In this document: positions 13,726-24,286 of the stretch, piece after piece
Layout: each line of letters starts with the position of its first letter
Position numbering within the stretch: position 1 is the stretch's first letter
NCBI RefSeq assembly: GCF_036971445.1
Contig: NC_091469.1
Location: forward strand, 317,688,001-317,752,000
Source of the DNA: Narcine bancroftii
Taxonomy: Eukaryota
Direction: 5' to 3'
DNA length: 64,000 nucleotides
The notes under the pieces: model-generated
Databases searched by the model: none
Told to the model about the DNA's origin: nothing
Seen by the model: only the letters and a program-made list of their open reading frames with translations
Translations under genes and position numbers: made by a program

Positions 13726-16614
13726 TTAAGGACTGTAGCGGTCAGGGGGTCTGACCATCTGGCGTGACCGCCGTGGTGCCGGGATTGGGGTCGCTGGAGT
13801 GGTGTCGCCAATGGGCTCGTCGGGTACGACCGCTCCTTCGCTCAATTCCCCAGTCGTGTTGTCAGCAGGGTGGCCTGGGTCGTTGGGGTGCTGTTGGTCC
13901 TTCTGTTGCGGCATGGGGTCTGGGGAATAAAGAGTTGGGGAAGGTTGGGTTTGGGAGGTTTGCTGGGTCTACCACATCCTGAGCTAGGTCCCGCACCGAA
14001 ACAGTGTCCTCCCGCCCGTCTGGGAACTCGACGTAGGCGCAATGTGGGTTCGTGTGGAGTAGAGTCACTCGGTCGACCAAGGTGTCATTCTTTGAGTGTC
14101 GGACGTGGCGTCGCAAAAGGACGAGGCCAGGGACGGTGAGCCATGCCGATACAGTGGTTCCTGATTCGGATTTCCTCGGGAAAAGGAACATCCTATCGTG
14201 GGGGGTGGCATTTGTTGCGGTACATAGGAGGGAGTGGATGGAGTGTAAGGCACTAGTGAGAACCTCCTGCCAGTGAGAGGTGGGGAGACCTTTCGACCGG
14301 AGAGCCAGTGTAACCGCTCTCCATATGGTGGCATTCTCCCTCTCGACCTGGCCGTTACCGCGTGGGTTATAGCTCATGGTCCTGCTTGAAGCAATACCAC
14401 ACTCCAGAAGGTACTGTTGCAGCTCTGCGCTCATGAATGAGGACCCCCTATCACTGTGGATGGAATTGGGGTACCCGAAAATGGCGAAAATACTGTGAAG
14501 GGCCTGTATCACTGAGGTGGCAGTGGTGTCTGGGCAGGGCACAGCGAACGGGAAGCGGGAGTACTCGTCGATGGCCGTAAGGATGTAGGTATCATGGTTG
14601 GTCGACGGTAGGGGCCCCTTAAAGTCTACGCTAAGACACTCGAAGGGGTGGGTGGCTTTGATAACGTGGGAATTATCCGGACGGAAGAAGTGGGCTTGCA
14701 TTCAGTGTACAGCGAACAGGCTCGGGTCATGGAGCGGATCTCCTCGACTGTGTAGGGTAGGTTGCGCGCCTTCACAAAGTGGGCAAACCCAGTGACCCCT
14801 GGATGACAGAGCGCACGTCCCCCTGGAGAGTGTGTCAGGCGGGTCGTTGAGCTTACCAGGCCGGTACAGGATGTCATAGTTAAAGGTGGAGAGTTCGATT
14901 CTCCATCTGGCGATTTTGTCATTTTTTATCTTACCACGCTGGGTTTTGCTGAACATGAAGGAGACCGCGCGTTGATCAGTCAACAGTGTAAAGTGCCTCC
15001 CAGCGAGGTAATGTCTCCAACGACGCACCGCTTCAACCATGGCCTGGGCCTCCTTCTCGATCGAGGAGTGTCTACTCTCTGGACCCTGGAGGGTCCTGGA
15101 GAAGAAGGTTCCAGGCCGACCGGCCTGGTTCAAGGTGGCTGCCAGGGCGAAGTCGGATGCATTGCTCTCAACTTGAAACGGGACAGATTCATCGATCGCG
15201 TGCAGCTTCGCAGCGGGGATGTCGGATTTGATTCGATCGAAAGCCGCTCTGGCTTCAGTCGAGAGGGGAAAGGAGGTGGTCTTGATAAGAGGACGCGCCT
15301 TGTTGGCGTAGTGTGGAACCCATTGGGCGTAATACGAGAAAAGGCCCAGGCAGCGTTTGAGCGCTTTCTGGGTATGGGGGGGGGGGGCAAGTCCATTAGG
15401 GGACGCATGCGGTCAGGATCTGGCATGACTATCCCGTTCTCCACCACACAACCTAGAATAGCAAGTCGTGTGGTCCGGAAGACACGCTTGTCCAAATTAT
15501 AAGTCAGGTTCAGCCGACGGGCAGTTTGAAGAAATACGTCTAGGTTGGCGTCGTGGTCCTGCGTGTCGTGGCCGCAGATGGTGATATTGTCCAGATACGG
15601 GAAGGTAGCGGTTAGCCCGTTCTTGTCCACCATCTGGTCCATTTCCCGCTGGAAGACCGCGACACTATTCGTGACCCCGTATGGTACCCTGAGAAATTGA
15701 TATAGCCGTCCATTCGCTTCAAAGGCCGTGAATGGTCGGTCCTCACAGCGGATCGGGAGCTGGTGGTAGGCCGAACGTAGGTCAGTGGTGGAGAATATGC
15801 GGTATTGGGCGATCTGGTTCACCACATCCGTGATGCGTGGCAGAGGGTACGCATCCAGGAGCATGAAGCGGTTAATGGTCTGGCTATAGTCGACCACCGT
15901 CCATAGTTTTTCTCCGTTCTTGACAACTACCACATGGGCTCTCCAGGGACTTGAACTGGGTTCGATGATGCACTCATCCAGCAATCTACGCACTTCACTC
16001 CTAATGAATTGCCTGTTTTCGTAACTATATTGCCGACTTTTGGTGGCCACAGGCTTCCAGCCAGGGGTGAGGTTTGCGAAGAGTGCTGGAGGGGCAATTC
16101 GGAGTGTGGAAAGGCCGCAGGATTGGCCCCGGGGCATGGATTGCTCGGGTACTTCGGGGGTGGGGCGATGGCAGACAGAGGGGGGGGCGTGGGGTCCCCC
16201 AAAGTGTAGGGACACCGTTCGGAACTGACAGTGAAAGTCTAATCCCAGCAACACTGGGGCGCACAATTGGGGAAGGACGAATAATTTGAAGTGGGTGACT
16301 GTTACGCCCTGTACTTTCAGCGTGGCGATGCAATACCCCTTTATCCCGGTCGAGTGCAACCTCGTCGCTAATGAGATCCTCTGGGTAATGGGGATAATGT
16401 CAAGTCCCCAACGGAGGGCCAGATCTGGCTGGATAAAACTGTCAGTTGACCCAGAGTCAAATAAGCAATTGGTGTAGTGTCCATGCACTTTAATCAGTTC
16501 CATTGCTCTGGTGAGGGGATGAGAGCATTGCTGGTTTAGTGTTATTGAAGCAGTTGACAGGGGAGTTCCGCGTGATGACGTCATGCAACGGGATGATGTA
16601 ATAGATGTAGTCAA
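13726..16614 (-). pseudogene. Gypsy pol (protease, RT, RNase H, integrase) with frameshifts
   Basis: ORFs 15130..16614 (PR/RT), 14702..15133 (RNase H, EKEAQA..LLTDQRAV) and 13862..14701 (integrase). Confidence 0.92.
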
Positions 16615-17713
16615 CGCTGGAGGAGCAAGTTGGAGGACCTCCCGAAAGTGCTGTTGTGGCGGCGTCGGCGGATGCAGCGGTAGCGTCGGCCCCGGGGTTG
16701 CCTGTGGCGGTGGCAGCAGCAGCGGTTGCCACAGTCAGGACTGAGGCCGGGTCGAGTGTTCCGCACGGGGGCGAGAGGTGGGCCAACACCATGGTTGTGA
16801 GGGTGGGCTGCCCCTTCCGGGTTCGGCGTCTCCGTGATGTCAGGCATTGCCGTGCAGGGGAACCCTTGCTCTCATTGGACGAGAGGTCTGGGGAAGAAGA
16901 GTTTGAATGGGATAGTGGCGATTGGGGTTCACACGAGGCGCTCTGTTTGCCGGCGGCCATTTTAGACCTACAGACTGCAGCAAAGTGGCCCTTTTTAAGG
17001 CACTTCTGGCACCTGGCTTTTCTTGCTGGGCACTGGGACCTGCTGTGCTTGTCCCTTCCGCAGAAATAACATTTTGGGTTCGCACGGGGCAGTGTAGCAG
17101 CAGCCGACAGGCCATCAGTATCTCGCGGGGTGGTAGGGTAGAAGGGCACTCTACTCACATCAGAACGTGGGGTCCAGTCCCTAGAGAACTCGGTGGACTT
17201 TCAGGCTGCATCCTCCATTGTGATTGCAATCCGGGCCACGTCCTCTAGTTTTTCTACCCCTTGCTCGAGCAAGCGCAGCCTCACTTCGTTCGATCGGAGC
17301 CCGGCCACGTAGGCATCCCGGACGAGATCGTTTGTGATCTCGGCAGCAGTTTTGTCCACACAGTTACAGTCCTTGCCCAACGCCTTTAATACTTGTAAAT
17401 ATGCCCTCCTGGACTCGCCAGGCTGTTGCTTCCTCGACGCAAGCACGAGCCGGGCATGAACTCTGTTCACCGGTTGATCATACAGTTTTTTCAGTACCTT
17501 TATGGCTGCGGTGTAAGTGGTCTCATCCTGGATGTTCTCGTAGACTCTCAAGGACACCATAGACAGCAATGCTGTTAGACGCTGGTTATCCTCCTCCACC
17601 TCAATGAATCTCAGGAAGTTTTCAAAGTTCAGCAGCCAGAACTTAAAGGCTTTGAAGGCTGTAGCTGACTGTGGGTCAATATCAAGTTTTTCTGGCCGAG
17701 TTAAACGCTCCAT
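16490..17713 (-). pseudogene. Gypsy gag with an in-frame stop at 17201-17203
   Basis: ORFs 17201..17722 and 16490..17158 share one frame; knuckles CYFCGRDKHSRSQC and CQKCLKKGHFAAVC. Confidence 0.88.
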
Positions 17714-20700
17714 CCCTTTCAAAAAAAATTCTTTTTGCTAATAAAATTGTAGAGCTCATCGAAAGAATCAAAGACTTGTTGATCCAAACCAAGGCTTTTA
17801 TTAGCAAAAGACAGGAGCTCTTCACAGGTGGCCGACCAGTCCGGAATGATCCGACCTGGCTTGGGACACAACCCTTTAAGGCCCAGACAGTAGGCGTGGC
17901 TTAGCTCTCAGCCAATCGCTGTAAGCACAGTCTAGATACTGTAACTATATACACTATATACATTGGTGATAGATCTGTACTATCACACCCTGCTGACATC
18001 AACGACGAGGTCATTGCCCGCCTGCCCCAAGTAGAGATCAACAAGAACCTCGACATCCTCCTCACAGTAAATGAAGTCAGGAAGGCAGTGAAGCAACTCT
18101 CCTGTGGCAAAGTGCCAGGACCCGACGCAATCGCTGCTGAAGTGTATAAAACAGGAGGCCCTGTCATGATGCAAAAGCTGACTGTACTTTTCCAGTCCAT
18201 GTGGAGAAAGGGACAAGTCCCGCAACAGCTGAAAGATGCCGGTATAATCCACATCTACAAGAGGAAAGGCAACTGCCAGTCTTGCGACAACCACCGAGGC
18301 AACTCCCGCTTGTCCAATGCAGGGAAGATTCTGGCCCGCGTCCTGCTCAAATGCCTTCTCCAACATCTTGAGCAAGGTCTGCTTTCAGAAAGCCAGTGCG
18401 GCTACCATGTTGAACGTGGGACCGTGGACATGATTTTTGCTGTGAGCCAACTCCAGGAAAAATGGCAGGAGCAATACAGTGACCTCTTCATGACTTTGTT
18501 GATCTAACCAAGGCTTTCGATACGGTCAGCAGAGAAGGCTTGTGAAAGATCATGGAGAAGTTTGGCTGCCCCAGAAAGTTCATCACAATCATCTGGCAGT
18601 TCCACAGCAGTATGATGGTGAAAGTTCTGGATGAGTCGGAGGCAAATGGCATCAAACAAGGCTGCGTTCTCACCCCGACTCTGTTGAGTATGGTATTCTC
18701 TGCCATGCTGACAGATGCCTTCTGTAACTAAGAGGAAGGAATCCACGTCAGGTACAGGACTGACGGCAGGTTGTTCAACCTCAGGCGCCTGCAGTTACAA
18801 AGGTGCAAGAGACTGTCATCAGAGAATTTTTGTTTGCTGATGACTGCGAACTCAACGCCAGCCCAGAGCAGAAGATGCAGCGAGAAATGGACTGCTTCTT
18901 ACAAGCCTGCGACAACTTTGGTCTCACTATCAGCACCAAAAAGACTGAAGGTATGTACCAGCCTGCCCCAGGAAAGCCGTACCAGGAGCTGCGCATCACG
19001 GTGAAGGGCCAGAACCTCCAGGCAGTCGACAACTTCACCTACCTGGGCAGCACACTCTCTCGTGCAGTGAACACGGATGCTGAGGTCAACAACAGGATAG
19101 CCAAAGCCAGCGCTGCCTTTGGGAGACTCCGTGAGAACATCTGGGAGTGGAGAGGACTCAGCCTTACCACCAAACTGAAGGTCACTGTGCAGTGGTCCTT
19201 ACCACCCTTCTTTATGCCAGCGAGACCTGAACTGCCTACAGCAGACACACCAAACAGCTCAACCACTTTCATCTGAGCTGTCTCCGCAGACTCCTCCACA
19301 TCAGGTGGCAAGTCAAAGTCCCCAACACGGAAATCCTGGAACGAGCTGGGCTCTGCAGTGTTTACACCCTCCTGGTGAAAACCCAAGCCAGGTGGGCTGG
19401 ACATATGGTCAGAATGCAGCTTCTGTATGGAGAACTGTGTCATGGCAAGCGCTCAGTCAGGGGGGCAGAAGAAACATTACAAACACTGCCTCAAAGCATC
19501 CCTCAAAGGCCTGGATGTCGACATCAACACATGGGAGACCCTTTCCCTCGACCTTCCAGCTTAGCGCAGCAAGATCACCGCAGGAGCCTGTGCAGATGAA
19601 GTCAGGCGCATCACCGAGGCGCAACAAAAGCGTGCTGTGAGCCAGGCCCAAGCAGCATTCACCGCCACAACAGCACCCATCCACTTGTGTCCCACACGTG
19701 GGAGAGTGTTCAGGGTCTCACCAGTCATTTTCGGACCCACAGCCACCAATCTCCCATTTGATTTTGAAGTCATGGCCATCTTCGACTACGAAGGATGAAC
19801 AACAACAATCACAGGTCATCCCCTCAGCTGCCCAGATCACGTGGACCTTGTTCACCTGAATGGCAGGCAGGGCAAAGGAGATCACCTGGGACGATAAGTC
19901 AGCAGAAGCCTTCGTGAAGGCCAAGGAAGCCCTGACGGACGCCACTCTCCTAGCACATCCCAGGTCAGATGCTCCAATGGCCCTGAGAGAGGATGCTTCA
20001 GGAGCAGTAGATTGAAGGAAGTTGGCAGCCACTGACTTCCTTCACCAAACGTTTGTGACCTCCAGAAGTGAAGTACTGCGCTTTCGACAGAGAGCAACTG
20101 GCACTGTACTTACCCATCCACCACTATCATGACCACGGACAGGCTGGTGGGCAGCAAATATGTGTGGCATGGATTGTGGAAACAGATGAGGGGGTGGGTG
20201 AAGGCGTGCACGCAGTGCCAAGCAACCAAGGTACAATGACATACCAAGACCCCACCTCAGCACTTTCAGCCCACAGAACAAAGGTTTGACCACATCCACG
20301 TGGACATAGTAGGACCCATTGTCGGTATCCCAGGGTTTCATCTGTTCATGATGGTCGAGTGCTTCACCAGGTGCCCAAAAGCAGTCCCGCTGGGAGACAT
20401 GTCCACAACCTCGTGTGCCAGTGCCCTCATCTTGTCCTGGGTGGCATGGTTCGTGTTACCATCCCACATCACATCTGACAGAGAGGTCCAGATCACCTCC
20501 AATCTGTAGTCTGACCTCGCCAGCCTGTGGGGTGCCCAGCTGCATCAAACAACAGCCTACCACCCACAATCCAATGGGTTGGTGGAGCACTTCCACAGGC
20601 ACCTCTAAACCATGCTCATGACCAGACTTCAAGGACCCAATTTGGTAGATGAGCCACCATGGGCAAAGTTGGCCATCTACACGGCACCCAAGGAGGACCT

Positions 20701-21538
20701 CAACACTTCTTCAGACGAACTCATACCACTCCCAGATGGGCAGCAGGATGACTTTGCAGCATTCCTCAGCAGGCTATGGGAAAGAGCCGGTAAACTGGTC
20801 CCAATTCCACCTTCTAGGTATGGACATGCAAGGACCAACATACCCAAAGAACTGCAGGTCTGTGTGTATGTTTTCATTCGCAGGGGTTTACATTGTCCAC
20901 TGCTTCAGAGGCCATCCGCAACAACGGGGCTATGTTCAAGCTGGAGATCAGAGTCAAGACGGAGGTCTTCAACACAGACAGGCTGAAGTCAGCACACCTG
21001 GACCTGGAGTGCCTGGTCAAGACACCAACACCATGCTGAAGAGGTCGGCACCGAAGGTAGCAGAGACTTTGACCTCCGAGCACCCAGGACAATACCGTTG
21101 GTTCTGGAGGGGGGGGGGGGGGGTCATGTGGTGGCCCACTGCTGCAGCGGTTGAGCCAGCGCTCCGGGTGGCGATTGCAACCAAAGGTCAGCAGCGGCAC
21201 TGGCCTCAACAAGCGAACCGGCGGGTGAACAGCAAGGACAGCTTAAAGTCCAGTGACCCCAAAGTGGCACTGACCTTGCTGCGCAGCCAACAGACAGGGA
21301 CAGCGTACGGGGAAGGGCATTGTTATGCAGGAAAGTACCCACACAGGAAACCTGCATTTGTCATGCATGTTGTGACGTCAGCCAAGGGGGGGCCACGGTG
21401 GGAAGAGTGCAAGTATAAAAGTTGGGCCTGAGCCCTAATAAACTTGGAGCTTAACCTGACTACATGATATGTGTGTGTCTTCTTTCAAGTAGCATGCGGC
21501 TACAAGTATGGAATTAATGGTGCCATTAATGTTTGACC

Positions 21539-23321
21539 GTACCTGCTGCTTTGCCACTTTTCAGTTGTTCGATTGCAAAGCAGCAGGTATGGATGGAATC
21601 CCCCCAGAAGTCTGGAAGGCTGGCGACAAAACTCTGCATGCCAAACTGCATGAGTTTTTCAGGCTTTGTTGGGACCAAGGTAAACTGCCTCAGGATCTTC
21701 GTGATGCCACCATCATCACCCTGTACAAAAACAAAGGCGAGAAATCAGACTGCTCAAACTACAGGGGAATCACGTTGCTCTCCATTGCAGGCAAAATCTT
21801 CGCTAGGATTCTACTAAATAGAATAATACCTAGTGTCGCCGAGAATATTCTCCCAGAATCACAGTGCGGCTTTCGCGCAAACAGAGGAACCACTGACATG
21901 GTCTTTGCCCTCAGACAGCTCCAAGAAAAGTGCAGAGAACAAAACAAAGGACTCTACATCACCTTTGTTGACCTCACCAAAGCCTTCGACACCGTGAAGG
22001 GCTTTGGCAAATACTAGAGCGCATCGGATGTCCCCCAAAGTTCCTCAACATGATTATCCAACTGCACGAAAACCAACAAGGTCGGGTCAGATACAGCAAT
22101 GAGCTCTCTGAACCCTTCTCCATTAACAAAGGCGTGAAGCAAGGCTGTGTTCTCGCACCAACCCTCTTTTCAATCTTCTTCAGCATGATGCTGAACCAAG
22201 CCATGAAAGACCCCAACAATGAAGACGCTGTTTACATCCGGTACCGCACGGATGGCAGTCTCTTCAATCTGAGGCGCCTGCAAGCTCACACCAAGACACA
22301 AGAGAAACTTGTCCGTGAACTACTCTTTGCAGATGATGCCGCTTTAGTTGCCCATTCAGAGCCAGCTCTTCAGCGCTTGTCGTCCTGCTTTGCGGAAACT
22401 GCCAAAATGTTTGGCCTGGAAGTCAGCCTGAAGAAAACTGAGGTCCTCCATCAGCCAGCTCCCCACCATGACTACCAGCCCCCCCACATCTCCATCGGGC
22501 ACACAAAACTCAAAACGGTCAACCAGTTTACCTATCTCGGCTGCACCATTTCATCAGATGCAAGGATCGACAATGAGATAGACAACAGACTCGCCAAGGC
22601 AAATAGCGCCTTTGGAAGACTACACAAAAGAGTCTGGAAAAACAACCAACTGAAAAACCTCACAAAGATAAGCGTATACAGAGCCGTTGTCATACCCACA
22701 CTCCTGTTCGGCTCCGAATCATGGGTCCTCTACCGGCACCACCTACGGCTCCTAGAACGCTTCCACCAGCGTTGTCTCCGCTCCATCCTCAACATCCATT
22801 GGAGCGCTTTCATCCCTAACGTCGAAGTACTCGAGATGGCAGAGGTCGACAGCATCGAGTCCACGCTGCTGAAGATCCAGCTGCGCTGGGTGGGTCACGT
22901 CTCCAGAATGGAGGACCATCGCCTTCCCAAGATCGTGTTATATGGCGAGCTCTCCACTGGCCACCGTGACAGAGGTGCACCAAAGAAAAGGTACAAGGAC
23001 TGCCTAAAGAAATCTCTTGGTGCCTGCCACATTGACCACCGCCAGTGGGCTGATAACGCCTCAAACCGTGCATCTTGGCGCCTCACAGTTTGGCGGGCAG
23101 CAACCTCCTTTGAAGAAGACTGCAGAGCCCACCTCACTGACAAAAGGCAAAGGAGGAAAAACCCAACACCCAACCCCAACCAACCAATTTTCCCTTGCAA
23201 CCGCTGCAATCGTGTCTGCCTGTCCCGCATCGGACTTGTCAGCCACAAACGAGCCTGCAGCTGACGTGGACTTTTTACCCCCTCCATAAATCTTCGTCCG
23301 CGAAGCCAAGCCAAAAAAGAG
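21539..23321 (+). mobile_element. Young 5'-truncated RTE LINE with a short 5' inversion
   Basis: RT ORFs 21508..22017 and 22050..23264 (QGCVLAPTLF, LLFADD, C-terminal CxxC..HxxxC), one small deletion/frameshift near 21996, TSD AATGTTTGACC at 21528-21538 / 23322-23332. Confidence 0.96.
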
Positions 23322-23896
23322 AATGTTTGACCATGTATTCTTTTAATGCAATTAAAATTAAACCAAGGCACCACCTGGCTTCCAAAGAAGATGGAAGATA
23401 TCTCCAGAAACACAAAGCTATATTCATTAATCAGCACCATCACATCATCAAATTGTCCAATGTGCTTCAAAACAGTACTTTATATTGGGGGGGGGGGGCG
23501 GAGGACGGTGACAGTAGCAATGAGATTGGGGTGTGGGGACAGGGAGAAACAGTGGAAATGGGGCGACGGGGTGGGGGACAGCGGCGACGGAGGGGGCCAG
23601 CGATGGAGGCGGAATGGAGTGGGGGGAATTGGCGGGATGGGGAACTGGAGGGGGGTGGAATCGGCCGGGGCGGGAGTGGGGAAGCGGGGCAGGGCGGAGT
23701 GGGGAAGCGGGGCAGGGCGGAGTGGTGGGGAGCCGTGGCCTCTAACTTGGATCCAACCCGTGGATAAGGCGGCGCCAGTCTCTCCTCCCCCAACCCCTGC
23801 ACAGCCCACTGGCACGGCTCTGTCCGCTGTCCGACCCGCCACGGTTCTGTCGCTCTGCTCGAGGCCCCGGGCCTGCCAGCCTCCTCCCCTACTCAC

Positions 23897-23999
23897 AGCG
23901 GATGGTGTGGAACGAGCTCCTGGGCCGCTTCTCGAAGCTCTCGCCCAGCTTCAGTACGTGTTCCTCCTTGCCCAGCGCTGGCTGGGCGCTCCCGTTCAT
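23897..23999 (-). CDS. EAF1: EAF1 coding exon 1 ([34 protein letters not shown])
   Basis: ATG at 23999, 103 coding nt, GTGAGT donor; matches the EAF1 N-terminus ([17 protein letters not shown]). Confidence 0.96.
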
Positions 24000-24249
24000 C
24001 GCAGGGCTCCTCCACCATCCACGGGTGGGGGAGAAAGAGTTTGGGGAGGGGGTGGTGGGTTCGCGAAAACGCCAGAGCCGGCTGTTCCCTCCCCGAGTGT
24101 AAACACGTCCCACTCGGGAGATGACCTCGCCGCGCAGGCGCAGGACACCGGCCGAGCCGGCGCGGGGTGTGGGGGGGGTTAGAGGGCCGACCGCGCTGGC
24201 GCAGGGGACCGGGGCGGAGGTGGAGGCGGGTCACCAGCCGCGCAGGCGC

Positions 24250-24286
24250 TTCCGGTCAGCCGATGGAGCGAGAAAGGTGAAGATGG
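24250..24286 (+). other. METTL6: Probable non-coding first exon of METTL6 (start approximate)
   Basis: Donor G|GTAATT at 24286/24287 at the edge of the CpG island; the next strong acceptor (tttcaag, 27263) precedes the first coding exon. Inferred, no transcript data. Confidence 0.55.

Larger units (their letters stand above)
13410..17987 (-). mobile_element. Young near-full-length Gypsy LTR retrotransposon (gag-PR-RT-RH-IN), pseudogenised
   Basis: 240-bp LTRs at 13410-13649 and 17748-17987 (about 5 differences), TG...CA ends, 5-bp TSD CCCTG, PPT AAGAAGGGGTGAA. Gag has two Zn knuckles; protease LFDSGS, RT YLDN, integrase with SDRG and GQVER motifs. Confidence 0.97.
13098..19807 (+). mobile_element. 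Decayed 5'-truncated RTE LINE, split by a Gypsy insertion
   Basis: RT fragments GKVPGPDAIAAEVYK and REFLFADDC; (AAC)n tail at ~19798-19807; sequence is continuous across the Gypsy insertion (NHP|ADINDE). Confidence 0.9.
12242..21504 (+). mobile_element. Old Gypsy LTR retrotransposon (CsRn1-like), gag deleted, interrupted by nested elements
   Basis: Related LTRs at 12242-~12586 (truncated) and 21127-21504, 4-bp TSD AGTA (12238-12241 / 21505-21508), G-rich PPT before 21127. RT fragments at 12590-13097 and RNase H/integrase remnants at 19808-21000. Confidence 0.85.

Noticed and set aside
16560-16660. Possible programmed gag-pol frameshift
   Set aside because: The frame change is real, but no clear slippery heptamer was seen and the element has other disabling indels.
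20649-21431. 260-aa ORF, with a similar one at 12140-12469
   Set aside because: Runs through decayed integrase, PPT and LTR sequence; the similarity reflects the paired LTRs.
22816-23470. Antisense ORFs over the RTE (also 3588-4256)
   Set aside because: Shadow frames of the RTE coding sequence.
23195-24234. Several long overlapping ORFs (190, 278, 138 and 113 aa)
   Set aside because: By-products of a GC-rich CpG island with low-complexity G/P/R translations; only the EAF1 exon 1 segment is supported.
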